NCBI RefSeq assembly: GCF_018977255.1
Contig: NW_024704762.1
Span: forward strand, 7,254,001 to 7,318,000
DNA length: 64,000 bases
Source of the DNA: Callorhinchus milii
Taxonomy: Eukaryota
Direction of reading: 5' to 3'
In this document: positions 1 to 14,000 of the stretch, in pieces
How the letters are laid out: every line of letters begins with the position of its first letter
Position numbering within the stretch: the first letter of the stretch is position 1
The notes under the pieces: model-generated
Told to the model about the DNA's origin: nothing
The model's database searches: none
Seen by the model: the letters and a program-made list of their open reading frames with translations, nothing else
Made by a program: the position numbers and the translations under genes

Positions 1-405
1 TGGACAAAGAATATGATTCTGGTTAAATGCTCTCCTCTCTCTCTCCCGTCTCTGAATTAGCGACTTATATGCACATCAGATAATGTGAAAATCTTCCGAA
101 CAAGAAGTTCACACAAACTACTTTTAAAAAAAGCAGCCAGCCAGGACACAAGCCATAATCACAACCTCCTGCAGTTACTCAGTCTAAAATTATCCTCGAG
201 GGACATGTACATTCCATTAATTATAATGAAGCCTCCAGTAAAATACATATTCAAGCCTCGCTCAGCTGTAAACAAGCACTGGAGTTGGTTAGGGTCTGTT
301 AACCTACCAGCCAATTTACAAAACTGTCAGAATCGGGATTACTTGTGGGAAACAAACGGGGAGATAATATGAATCCGATATCTAGTGCAAACTTGTACCA
401 CTCAC

Positions 406-2119
406 CCCTGGCAGAGTCTTCTGTTCGTGTAGTGCATTCTGCGCCTTGACAGCCGAATCCCTTGCACAGTAAGTCAGGAAAGCACAACCTAAAAAAAACA
501 CGCAGGATATAAGGCTGTATTCCACAAGCCAATTGAGCTCACAGTCCAGGCTGACACTCATAGAATGGAATCATAGCATCATACAGCACAGAAGGAGGCC
601 ATTCGGCCCATCGTGCCTGTGCTTTGAAAGAGCTATCCGATTAGTCCCATTCCCCACCCGGCTCTTTCCCCGTAGCCTTGCCATTTTTTCTTTTCATGTA
701 TATATCCAATTCCCTTTTGAAAGTTATTATTGAATCTGCTTCCACCACCCTTTCAGGCAGTTGCAATCCAGATCATGACAACTTGCTGCTTTTAAAAAAA
801 TCCTCATCTCCCCTCTGGTTCTTTCGCCAATTATCTTGAATCTATTCCTCTGGTTACCGACCCACCCGCCAGTCGAAACAGTTTCTCCTTATTTACTCTA
901 TCAAACCTGCTCATAATTCTGAACGCCTCTATTAAATCTCCTCTTAACCATCTCTGCTCTAAGGAGAACAATTCCATCTTGTCTAGTCTCTCCACTTCAG
1001 CACATACTGGGGGTGTGAGGGAGGGGTGAGTGATTGGGAGGGGGGGAGGAGGAGGAAGGACAGTAATGTAATGTCAAAGATGCCATCTTTATGGCAACCT
1101 ATTAAACCGAGGCATCACCTGTCTGCAAAAGTGGACTAAAAAAAAGATGAGTTTCTCAGCAAATTCAAAACAGAACTTGCTGATCGAAAAATATTCATAT
1201 TAGTTGTGTACAGGTTAGCGGGAGTAATAAAATACCAAAAAAAAATCAACAATCCTCCCCTTTCATTGCAGCACCTTAGTATCTTTAATGGTCTCAAAGA
1301 ATCCAATGCAACGAGTCCCTTTCAAGTGCAATGACTCTTAAACAACTGATCTACTTACATTTTACTTACGGATTGGATTAGCGAGATCTGGAATAGGATT
1401 TCTAACTAACAAATTGGTCCCAGCTCAACACACCTTAGCACTCACTTCCCAGTGCTGTGTACAACACACACATACCCTCACCCCAGCACCAGCCTGTCTA
1501 ATAATACTATACATCCAAACATCCTATAGCCTGTGTAATACAACCCTTTACTGCCCACACGCTGTGTATCACACACATCCCAGCATTTCCCCAATCCTGT
1601 GTGTTATACACACGAGCACCAATACACAGCACTGTGTACAACACACAGCAGCCACTTATCCACAGTCTGTGTAGAATGCACTTCTGCACTGCCCTGTCAG
1701 TATCTAACACACTCCAGCACTAACCAACACAGCCTTATCACAACCTCCTTAGCTTGGCTCTCACCATGGCTGCTGGCAAACTCTCTCAGTTACACCATAA
1801 CAGGTAGAGAAACAAGGTCTGGGCTCCCTTACGTGGAACACAGCCCAGGTAAGTCACATCTAAAAAAAAAACCTGTAACACGTCTCACATTAGAGAGTTT
1901 TTTTTTGTTTCAGTGAGCTCCTGTCTCTCTCGACCACCAAAAAAAAACAGAGTATGCTAATACAGTAACTATAGATAACAATTGATTGGAAGATAATCTT
2001 GATGTGATAGCTCTCTCCTAAGGCTTCAGCACTGTTCACCTAAAAAGGGACAGGCTCTTAGACGAGGAAAATAATTGCAATGCAACAGCAGAATTTGCAT
2101 CAAATTTCGCCTGGTCAAA

Positions 2120-2153
<34 letters not shown>

Positions 2154-3393
2154 CCACCACGTTCTCTAACACAGGATTTTAAAACGAGGGGAAACAAAAT
2201 CACATCCCGATTGACTGCTTCCCACAGATAAACAGATTGTTCATTTCCAGGTGAGGTTTGCAAAGGTCTGTCTAGTGATGGATGAATTGATTTCAACCCA
2301 CAAAGAAAGAGAGAGAGAGAGAGACAGACAACGGATTTTCTGGTGGTAAAACGCCCATTATTCAACCCCAACCCCTTTAGGGAAGAAAAGATAGGGGGGG
2401 GGGGTGGGTGTGTATAGGGGGGAAATATGGAGAGGAAGGATTTTTTTTCCCCACCCCCCCAAATAAAATAAATAAATAAATGGGGTTTAAACTTGGGAAC
2501 ACAGGCAATTCGATTTAACATGAAACAAAGCAGATTTGATGTAAGTGAAAAGGGAACTGGGGAGGGGAGGGGGGGGGGGGTGTCTGGGGCTGAAACGTGC
2601 ACAAGAGAGACTGTGAGATGGCAAATTTTATATTTCTCATTGAGGGAGGGAGGGAGAGAGAGGGGGGGAGAGACAGACAGAGAGAGAGAGAGAGAGAGAG
2701 AGAAAGCATTGTGTTGCCCTTGTTATAATAATCCTTGCCATCGAATAAGGTTTCCAACAGAAACAAAAGGTTCATTGATCGATTGCCCCCACACCCCCCC
2801 CCCCACCACCCCACACCCCCCCACCACCCCACACCCACCCCCCATTCACTCCCATTGGAGATTTAAAAATGATATATATATATTTTTTTAAAAAATACAA
2901 TATACAGTTGGAGAAGGGGGAGAGAGAGAGAGAGAGAGAAAAAGAAAGAGAGAGAGAAAAAAGCCACATTATTTAATAATAATAATACTAATTAACCAAT
3001 TTTTTTTTAATACCCAGTGGGTGGGTGGGTGGGGGGGAGGGGGGGGGTGTTATGAAGGGGAGATGCTGTTGACCAGCTGAGATAGCACCGAGTTGGGTGG
3101 GAGGGGGGGGGGGGAAGAGTGGAGGACCTGGTGGTACTGATGTGCCACAGACCTTTGTGCATCCCTGTGAAGCGGTCCTTGAGGATGGTCAACTCGTAGA
3201 TCTTCCCGAACTCCTCGAAGAGCGGCTTCAGGTCGTTCTCCTCCAGGTTGCGAGGGATCTGGCCGATGAAGAGCTTGATGGCATCGTGGTCTTTCATGGG
3301 AGTCGGGCTCTGCTGCGGATCGGCACCGTTCATGGGCTGCTGCTGCTGCTGCTGCTGCTGTGGGGTTCGGTCCGCCTCTCGCAGTCTGGCCAT
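406..3393 (-). CDS. CELF5: CUGBP Elav-like family member 5, coding exons 1 (3153-3393) and 2 (406-488); gene continues off the left edge
   Basis: Exon 1 [11 protein letters not shown](Q)8PMNG...[48 protein letters not shown] splices (AAG|gtctgt ... tttag|GTTGT) in frame to exon 2 [28 protein letters not shown] (|gtgagt), forming CELF3-6 RRM1. The MARL..polyQ N-terminus and the NCLN/S1PR4 neighbourhood favour CELF5 over CELF4. Confidence 0.88.
555..1000 (-). mobile_element. CR1-clade LINE 3' end in CELF5 intron 1
   Basis: CATAGAAT..ACAGCACAGAAGGAGGCCATTCGGCCCATC..., ..TCTATCAAACC..CTCTATTAAATCTCCTCTTAACC..CTCTAAGGAGAA: reverse of a CR1 ORF2 end and 3' UTR. Confidence 0.75.
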
Positions 3394-3438
3394 CGCTGAA
3401 GCCACAGTGTAGAAGGCGCAGCCACTCACCTCTTAGCT

Positions 3439-3775
3439 CTGTGTGTGTGTGTGTGTCTGTCTGTCTGTGTGTGTGAGTGTATCAGAAAAAAAACCCACAG
3501 ACTTCCTGTTTCAGGCTTATACGCCTCTCTATGGCTACACCAACCTCTTCCTTCTCTCTCTCTCTCTCTCTCTCTCCCCCTCCCTCCTCCCTCCTCTCCT
3601 TTGCTTTCTCACTCACTCACTCACTCTCTCTCTTCCATCCATCCCATCCCATCCATCCATCCATCCATCCAGTCAGTCTGGAGAAGCTGATCATGGATGT
3701 ACATGACCCAATCCTCATTACGCACCCCCCCCCCCCCCCCACACACACACACACCCCCACACCACCCCCCACCCT
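3439..3775. repeat. Compound microsatellite block upstream of the CELF5 ATG: (TG)n, (CT)n, (CTCA)n, (CCAT)n, poly-C, (CA)n
   Basis: Directly visible simple repeats; similar (AG)n and poly-G/C runs at 2560-2960. Confidence 0.9.
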
Positions 3776-6700
3776 GTGCTGAATTTCTGAACCGAACGCA
3801 AAAGCTTTTGCTCAAGAAAATTGGCAAAGAAAAAAAAATTTTTTTTGGTCAAAATAAATAAAAATGATAATTTCTGGCACTTTTTTTTTCCAAAAAAAAC
3901 CCACCAAACCACACAACGGAAGAATTGGCCCGGGCAAAAGGAGACCGAGGTCCATCCGGTTCGCCTTCCACCAAATCCTGGCAGTGGCTCGACGTGTGGT
4001 TCTCCCGAACACGACCGCACGACACGAATTAAGCATACAATGGTTTAAACGTGTTAAGAACAACAACAACAACAACAAGATTCCATTTATAAAGAACAAG
4101 AACAACAACAACAACAAGAAACACATGACGGACACCGCTCGGAGAAATTGGTCGTCTCTCATTTCTCCCACAAAATACAGTCAACTCGTTTCACGGTTTA
4201 TTCTGCGAAACGATTGTGAAACTATCGATTTCAAAGGATTATTATTAGCAAAACAGCTTTCGATTTGTTAAATATGGAGGGCCCCCAAAAAAATCAAATG
4301 AAATTTTAGAGGCTTCCCAAGTTATTTTTTGGGGGGGAGGGGGCGTCCTTTATTTTTGTTTAAAATATGTTCTTTCCCCTTCAATCCCAACCTCACACCA
4401 ATGCTGTGGAGCAAATTCTAGATTTGCTTACTTTTTTAAAAAAAAAAAAAAATGTATATAAATTTACTGTGGGATAAGGTACAAGGGTTTAAGTCGTGCT
4501 TTCAAACAGGTGGAAAGAAAAGTGATAACGCTGTAAATAGATGATTGTGTGGGAGGTGGGGAATGAACATGAAATTAGAAAATACATTTCTAAAAAGCAC
4601 ATCTGATAAAAACTGAAACAAAATACCCCTCAAAATGCAAGTTACTGTACAGAACAAACAGCACGCAGCCGGTAAAAAAAACCACAATGAATCCTCCGTA
4701 ATCTTGAAGGTCGGGCTGCATCAGGTCCCAAACAATGAGGACATTTTAAAGGCATCACAATCGGTTACTTTTCATTTCAGGGGGAAAAAAAAATGACATT
4801 TCTTTATCTCGCCACCAGAACTGCACAACAACAACTTGCATTTGTACAGCGCCTTTCACGTCACAAAACACGATAAAGCCACCGACTCCCGTTCGGTTTG
4901 AGCCAGGTCCCAGCATCTGGCATTTTCAAAGCAAAATGTTCTCGTGGTAAAATCATCCAACAAAGTTGCTGAAACGCGACACTGTGGCAAAGGAAATCAG
5001 CTGAACTTGTATCTTACAACCAGTACACTGCTTTGTTTTCCAGGGACATTTACTTTCCGATTGCATGAGGGGAAAAAAACAACTTGCATTTACATCGCGC
5101 CCTTCGCATAGGGTAATGTTTTTGAGTGCCTTAAACAGGCCATTCCACCCAACTAGCTTGTGCTCGTGTTTACAGTCCAGCCTCCATATATCCATCCATT
5201 GCCTTCTCTCTCTCTCCTCTTAAATACATTGATGTCTTTTTCCTTCAACCACAGCTTTTGTGCAGCAAATTCCTCTCCGTAAAGAAGTTTCCCCTGAACT
5301 GAATCTAATTAGGGGTCGTATTATATGCCCCCTTGATTTGGACTCGCTAGCAATTGAAAGCAACCAATCATTCAACTTAAATCCTTTGATAATCCTTAAT
5401 ATCTGTATCTCAAACATCTTCTCAATTTTCTCATCTCCAGAGAGAAAAGATCCAACCTGTACAATCTTTCTTGATGGCTATATCCACTCAATTCAGGTAA
5501 TCAAATGGAATGATCATTATTATTATTATTATCATCATCATCATCCTTGTAAATCTTCGCTATACTCTCCATGTTGCAGTACCTATATGTAATATGTCAA
5601 AGAATGCATCAAAATAGATTTTAGCCACTGGTAAATAAGTTTGATTCTCAATATTTACGACTTGACATAACCTGCCCCCTGGAGAGAACTGTCTGTCTCT
5701 GCCTGCGAAATACACATTTACAGCAGAGCAGAGTTTAATGTTACTAAACAGGCAGGGACGTTAAAAAAACAAGTAATTAAGCGACATTAAAAACATCCAA
5801 CCGCAGCAATTCAGTTCTGTTTTATTGTACATTTATGCAAAGGAATTCAGAAGATACCTTTTAAGTTTCGCTAAATTGCTATAGTTAATTTAGTTTATGA
5901 ACAACACCACATTAACAATGGAACACAATTTAGTCATGCATCCCGTTTCTTACGAGTCACCACACTCCACATAAATGTAATAAGCACTGACAGAGAGAGA
6001 TTAATAGATTAGAATGATTATAAATCAAGGTGTAATAGTACTGTGCTGGCACTTTAACGAGGAAGTGGATGGCATGCATGGTATTCTTTGTAAAACTGGA
6101 AGCAACAACACACTCTTTCCTCTGTGTACGCGAAAGCGTGGGTGAACAGTCGACAGAGACCAGAGAACGAGAATGAAAAGTCTTCCCGCAATAGCTTTTA
6201 AAAAGGTGATCAGACAAATGTTTCAAACAGGAAAAATATGGGGTAAAGGGTATGGATGGATAAAGGCAAGAGAGTGGGATCAAATGGATAGCTCTCACAC
6301 ACACCCACACACAGAGAGTTGGCATTGGCACAATGGGTCGAATGGCCTGCTTCTGTTCTGTACAATTCGACGATTCCATTACCCCAAATCAACCAGAGCG
6401 GGACAGAAGATAACCGGATTCAAGGACAAGGATTCACAACAGATTCTCCCCTCTCTGTCCTCTCCCTTCCCTTCAAGTACAGAATCAGCCCGCCCTCAGT
6501 CTCCCTTCCTCCAAAAATCTGGAGGTCTGGGGCCAATTCACAATTCATTCCGTCTTCCCTCCCATTCTTTCAGCGCAAAAACTCCACCTAGGTTTCACAA
6601 AATAAACTACTCACAAATCAACTGTAAATTAGTCAACTAACAAACCATTCTCTTTGAAACTTAACAGACGCAAGAGGATGAAATGGATCAAGAGGCTTCC

Positions 6701-8068
6701 ATCCACCAGAATCAATCGAGAGAATCAATCTTTGTGTAAGTGTGTACTTCGATGCTGGAACATTTGAAGCAAAATGTTCCTTTCAGTTAAAATGATTTGC
6801 AACATATCTGGTCACCATTTTCATACAAAAAAACAAATTTTGCTTCTTTATGATGAACTCAAAATGAAGTTGGATGTTCAAAGGTCTCACGACACCATTC
6901 AAAAAGAGAAGGGGGTTTCTTCAGTATGCTCTTGCCTAATAACCCTCAGGATTAAAATAAGATTAAATTGGTCATTCACTTCATGTGACCATTTATGGGC
7001 CGCTGATGTGGATAAATTGGCTGCTACATTTGCCTACATATACACAGCAACTACACTTGGCAGGATTCCCTATGAAGCACTTTGAGACATTTCAAAGTTG
7101 GTCGCTAAAATCAAAGGCAAGGATGAATAAATTGACAGCCATGAAAAATGGCTCATTTCTACAGAACAGTTTTAGAATCACATTTGACAGGGTACCCAGT
7201 TCTCTAAAGACCACTTTACAAATCATGAATAAGCATTCTAATCACATCACCTGCTTTCTCCGGCACCCAGAAACCACAGGGCAGTCACTGCTTTGTAGGA
7301 TCATTTGTCACGTGTACAGCACAAGGACACATCGAAAGTTGACAAATAGACTGAAATGAATGGAGTGTCAGATGCTTATTACAGATTAGATTGGGAGCTG
7401 CCTTGTGGCCCAGTGAGTAAAGGCAACATCCAGTACAGCGCTGAGCCCTACAGAACATAATGGTTGCTGGTTCCTGCTGTGTGTCGAGTTCATCGACATC
7501 AGCTAGGGTAGGATTTGCGAAGGCTTCAGGTGGGTGGCCTCAGCACGCTCAATGCAAACATTCCCTGTGCGCTACAGTTCATTCCTTCTTTGAATGCAAG
7601 GCTAGCTGAACCCTAACGACAAGGTGTACAATCCTCTCTTCCCCCCCCCCCCATCTCACTCTTTTCCTCCCCTCTGAATACAAACACTTGTATCTCTCCC
7701 TCTCCACCCCATCAACTCAAGCCAATATCACACAAGCCCAGGAATTTATAGACTTACCACAGTGCTAATGTGCCCTTTCAGACCAGCCTTCACTCACTTG
7801 GAAGAAATGCTGAGCTTTCTCAGTTGGGAATACTGAGCACATTGGCAATGACTAGTTACCATCAACAGCAAATTACCTTTGCGTAGCACCTTTTAAACCA
7901 CACTCACAAGGTATGTTACTGGTCTGTAGTCTGTGCCAATCACCCGACACTAGCATACCTCATTACGAAAGACACAAGGAATACTATCCCTCTTTATGCA
8001 GGTTGTTTGAAGTGTCAAATTTTATTATACATATAATTTACAATAGTGCTTTTAAAAAGATAAGCACG

Positions 8069-11000
8069 TTACTTAAAAATCCATCCAGCCAGTGCTTCCA
8101 TTCCCAAGTCTTGCTCGTCCACTTCCTGGTGCAGCAGAGCAGACTCCCTGCTGACCCAAGAGGCCATTGCCTCCACCTCCGTAAGGTAACTGGGATTTTT
8201 AACAAAAAAGAGCAAATAAGATAAAGGTTTATAAACAGACAGCGCACGACAGTGTGAGAATCCCAGCATACGACTAGCAGCATTGAAACACAAAAACGTT
8301 TCAATTTACCGCTGTCAAAATAAAACAATTAGAAATACTATATTCGTAACAGTCATTGCGGAATTTTCCAAATACAATAATTTGTATTTATAGATCACCC
8401 TTCACGAGGGGTTGCGTCAGAGCACGGAGAAACGCAGGCGCGAGTGACATGGATTCGCCCGACAGGGTTGAATAAGAATTCCCTGCTTTGAGCCTGGCTG
8501 GTCAAAAGAGTGAGCTGACCTGCAGTCATTAGCTCCAACTGCATCAAGTCCACAGCTTCCCCTTTGATTTACAGGCAATGACTAAATCAATGTTGGCTTC
8601 GAGACGTTTAAATTAAAGTTAAGCCGTGCGCGCGACCATGGTGAATGACCAGCTGCGGCTTCACTTTGTGCGGCTGTTACAGGATCAATCTGGAGTAATA
8701 TCACTAGTGTTGGGTGGGTGTGGCTGTGACCACATCTGACCACTTCCTCCAATTTAGGTTTAGCCCAGACAATTGGTAACAATTCCTTCAAAAAAACTAA
8801 AAATAATAAATTGGTCATTCAATCCACGACTGTTTATGGGACACCGTTGTGTGCAATTGGCTGCTGCATTTTGCCCACAAAATATACAGTCAATTCACTT
8901 TACAGTATCTTCTGTGAAGAGCTTTGAGACGTCTCAAAGGCATAAGGCAAGCGCTTTATCAAATGCAAGGATTATTATTATTAACAGAAAAATTATTTCT
9001 ATTGGTTGATGAGTCAGTAACTGGAGGAAATAAATTTAAAATCGTTACCGAATAAACAAAGGGAGAGGTTAGGAGTTTTTTTTAATATATATTATTATTT
9101 ACACAGAATGATTAGGACATGGAATGACCTACAAAAAAAAGGTAGGTTTTGAAGCAGAAACCATTAGCTTTTAAATGAGAATCAGTCAAATAATAAACGA
9201 GGAGGAAAAATTACGAATGTTTTTGGAGAAAATGGCAGAGAGTGGGAGGAAATGGATAGATCTTTTAGAGTTGGCACAGGCACGATGGGCTGAACAGCCC
9301 CCTTCTGGCCTGTAAAAGTCTATAATTTGTGTACTCTCACTCCTATCACGGCTGCATTTCATTCTGTCACCTCCAATCACAGAGGCAGAGGATTCTCTGC
9401 AAAAGACTTCAGGCTTGCTACAGATCCCGAGTGCAGGATAGGGACAGAGGGCCTTGGGCATTAAACTGCACATCAGCACAAATAGTTTTTTGAAGGTCAC
9501 TAAATCAGGGTTATTGGTCTAAAAAACAGATTTTTGGGTAACATCAGAGTTTTTATATTTTCGATACTCCCCAAGGCTCCGCACCCGACTCTTGTCAGAG
9601 AGAACAGGGATTATTGAGGCCCTCTATTAATTACCTCAGAGCCCCAGCAAGTCATCATCGGTCACTAGAAGAATTATAGCCCTGGGAGAGCCATTAGCAT
9701 TGCTGGAAGCAAGATTTCTGTAGACGCCTCATCAAGCATTCAATTTCTAAAATATTATCCTTAATATTTTTTTGAAACATTGCTAAAATGTCTTTCTTAT
9801 CAGGACAGCATTTTCTTCCCACAGGATTGCAGACCCACACCAGAGATCTTCCATAACAATATTACATTAATATAGCTTCTTTCACGTCAAGAGGATGTCC
9901 CAAAGCTCTGGACAGTCGAGGCTCTGCACCCGAGCTGGGGTTTGGGATCAGGAGGGGTGGAGTGCAGGGGTAGGAGAGTGGCCTAAGGCGTGGTTGAAAA
10001 GGAGGTTCTTGAGACAGGCCTTGAAGGGGGCAAAGGGAGGGGTCCAATTTCAAGTCTCTTCATTGAAGAGAGAGGAAAAAAAACTACAAAGGTTCCCAGC
10101 TCAGTTGGTAAAGCCATGACTCAGAGTGAAACTGAGCTAGATGAGCCAGGTTATTTCCAGGTTCAATTCATTGTACTAAGCTACTGAATCCCAAATTTGG
10201 ACCTCAAACAACAATAAAAAAAAAGCAATAATAAATCGTTCATTTTCAATCCACAGCTGTTTGTGGGACACTGCTGTGCGCAATTGGCTCCCGCGTTTCG
10301 CCAACAAATATATAGTCAATTTACTTTACAGCATATTCTGTGAAGCGCTTTGAGTTGTCTAGAAGACGTGAAAAGCGCTATATCAAATGCAAGGATTATT
10401 GTTTTTATAATTAAACAATTGCTGTTTTTAGAGCTTAGCTTGTAATTAACAGAAACTAAAGGAGAAGCATCCGTACCTCTTGATCTTGACCTCAGTCTTT
10501 GTCGCAAGCTCTCTAAGATCCTTAATCCCAGCCAAGGCCTCGTGATTCTCAGTGCTGGTTCCCAGTCCAAATCCGTCTAGAATCCCCTTTGTCACCTTCA
10601 GGAAAGACTTTAATTGCTCTAAAAAGATCAACGTCATCAGTAAGAATCAACCATCATCAATGTTGGTCACTCTTCTGTTTGCTAAGAAACATGAGGGCCT
10701 GTGACCTATTGTACCAATGTACTTTATTCCTCTCTCCCAGAGCCAAAACCCTCAATGCCTCTATCCCCCCAACGTCTGGTTCCTTGATGCCATCTCTCCC
10801 CAAAGCACTGTAATGAATGAAAATGCTTGTTCAGATGGACGTGAAATAATATACATTCTGCATTCAAAGCAAAACTTGCTACTGTAAAATGATCACGAAA
10901 GATTAACACTATTGGAAAGAGAAGGGAGTTTCTCCCACATCCTAGCCAACAATCCTTCAGATAAATTTTGTCATTTACATCTACGCTGTTTGTAGGACCT

Positions 11001-14000
11001 CACTATACCCAAATTAGCTGCCGCAATTGCTTAGAGATATACAATCACTTTGCTTGGCAGCAAGTACCTTTCAGTATAGGCGCCGTTTCAAAAGCAAGAT
11101 TTATTTACTATTTATTTTCTTTAAGCAGATTATGCATATTGCTCATTATAAAAGGGAAAGGTGAAAGCCCAGACACAGCATAAGCTTTGAGGAACACGGA
11201 AAACCGTACAGCATTCAAACATTATTCTGCATCAACGAAAATTTATGAGAAGTTTTGACTGATGTCAAGTTAAATCAATGCATCTGAAAAGCCTTAGAGA
11301 AAAGCTCGCTTCCTGAGTCAAGTCCCTTCCATGACTCAGCCTATTGGAGGGACATAGACTAGAAGGTCAGCCAAGATCTTTTTTGCTTCCCCCACCCAAA
11401 AAATTACACATTTCAGCCATTGGAGTCCTGTAGCTCAGTGGTTAGAGCACTCGCTTCGCAAGCGAGAGACCTAGGTTTGATTCCCGGCAGGTTTGGTCAA
11501 GTTTCCTTATTCCACACAACTGTTTACCTAGCAGTGAGTAGGAACCTGATTGTTAGTCGTTTGGCGGATTGCTTATCCGGGGGTAATAATCCCTTCAAAA
11601 CAAAAATAAATTTTGAAAAAATAATAATTTGGTCACTCATTACACGACTGCTTGTGGGTCAATGCTGTGCACAATTAGTTGCTGCGTTTCGCCCACAAAA
11701 TATAGCCATTCACTTTGCAGTGTATTCTGTGAAGCGCTTTAAGACGTCTCAGACGTTATTTATTATTATATTCACCACAAGCATGACAGCCAATGCACAG
11801 TGGACAAGACGAACAGCCTCAGTCATGGAGGGCAAAGGATGCACAATTCTCAAAGTTCCTTGAAATGACCAGTGAGTTAGACGAGCAACACCGTACTAGC
11901 CGTTGTGATTTGTCAGTAAAACACGTGCAAACATACCCAAATACTCCCTTGTGCCTCCAGGGATTAAAATGTTCTTAGTCTGAAGGCTGTGACGAGTGAC
12001 ATCGAGGGCCTGTCCCAAGGCTTTGTACTGGCCTCCGAACAGCTGGACCTGCCTCACCACCTCGCGCAGAATCTCCATCTGCAATTAGAGCCAAACTGTC
12101 AATTTGGAATCCACGATGCGACTTCATACTCAAAGAACAAATAAACGTACAGAAGATTATGAAATGGAGGATTAAAACAGAAAAACAACAACAACAAATT
12201 ACACTTGTATGGCGCGTATCACGTCGGAAAGACGTTCCAGGGCGCTAGACAATCAGGGGTTTGGGATTGGATTACAAGGGAATCAGCAAGCATTTCTGTG
12301 CACTCCCATTCTCTTCACTCATTTCCTACCTAGTCTGTTAACTGTTCCTATCCCTCGCAACAACAACATGCATTTATAATAGCAACTCCTCACACAGGGT
12401 AGCATCCTAGAGCGCTTGATAGTGGCGGAGCATGATGCAACATTGCTTGCCTTATGCTTCCTAAGTACCCCCACCCTCTGAAACTCCATCCCACATTCCC
12501 TTCGCCTCGCTTCCTCGCTTGCCTCCTTCAAGACATGCCTCAAGACCCTCTTCTTTGACAGTGGCTTGGGTCACCCTCCTATCTTCTCTGCCCTCCACCC
12601 TCCCTAATTCCAACCCCCCACCCCATACACTCGGGTCCTAATCCCTAATTGTTCAGCATCTTGGGACATCCTCCCAACGTGAAAGGCGTTTTACAAATGA
12701 CTGACTTCTCCTAACCAATAAGGAAGAATGAAGGACAACTTATTTTCCCTTTCATTCTAGGCCACATCGTGCCAAGACAGGAGGCCAATGCTGGGGTAAA
12801 GAGGCTAGGGTCGGGGAGCAGTGAGACTCGTACTCACTTGCTGATCCATCAGTTCACAAAGCTGCCTCTCTTTTTCCCGTAGGAGCTGATCTTGTTTGGG
12901 ATGGAACACTTCCCGTCTCAGGAGCTCATTTTCCTCTTCGATCAGCAGCAAGTTCCGCTCCGCCTTGTCCTGGTATTTAACCAAATTCTCCTCCCTCTGT
13001 AGAGTCGACAGCAAAAGAGGGATCATTCACAGCCACAGCAGCAAAACTGAACACTACTCTTCAATACGCAACCCGTCGTGTTATTTCTATTTAAGTTGTT
13101 TAACTTAAAGCGCCCACAGGCGCTTTTTAGAGACACAAAAGGAGTTGGGATAGCAGAAGCACATGTTTCTGCAACATTTCATTTCTCTCTCACTTTTCTC
13201 CCCCTTATTGCCATATGCAACCCTTTCAAATCACACTTAAGCAAAGAATCAAAATAAATTGCACGTCTGAAGTGATAGTGCGCACGTGCGGTTGTGCGAA
13301 GATGTCAGCTTACCATGACAGCCATGTACATGTAGAGGATTGCGTCAAACTCCAGCTGCTCAATTGCATCTGCTTCAGACATGGGACAGAGCTGGACAGG
13401 AGCAACAAATGCACAAAAGGATTCTTTAGTCAAATTGTAGCACGACTGGATGACAAGCTTTGTCAAAGAGAGTCCTCAATAACACTGTCACAGACAAGTT
13501 ATTCCTTACTATCATTTGTAATATTAAGTGGCTGATATATTTCATATTCAAACTTAAACCAATTTCAAATCCATCCAGTTCTTTTGTTATATTTTTATAA
13601 AATAGGTTTCAATGTTGCATGCTCCAGCATGGAAATTGCAGACATTCCTTCAGCTTGTTTTACCCTCACCCCACAAGGGGAACACATTAGATACCTTTGC
13701 AAATTGTGCGACACATCAATAATGATCACCATAGCTATATCCAGAATTTTGAAGGACACTAGCATATGTAAAACAATTTAGGAACATTGATCAAGGGCAT
13801 ATAAGCGTCAACGCCCTTTGCTGCTCATACGAACAATAGTTACTCTAAGGTTATGCAACAGATACTCAATCACAAGTTACAAGTTTCTTACCGAGGTTTC
13901 CAATATGGACATTGTATTTTCTGGGTTTCTAATTTCTGTAGATTCACCTGAGGGCACAGAAGAGTACAGCAGATAAGAAACACCTGGCATTTATACAGTA

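Noticed and set aside
3394-3429. GTG-initiated N-terminal extension of CELF5 ([12 protein letters not shown])
   Set aside because: Bacterial-style start call; the GTG coincides with a splice-donor motif and similarity to CELF5 begins at MARL.
11422-11495. tRNA-Ala-like gene (also ~48100-48171 and ~50635-50706)
   Set aside because: No proper acceptor stem or terminator; it runs directly into a SINE body, so it is a SINE head.
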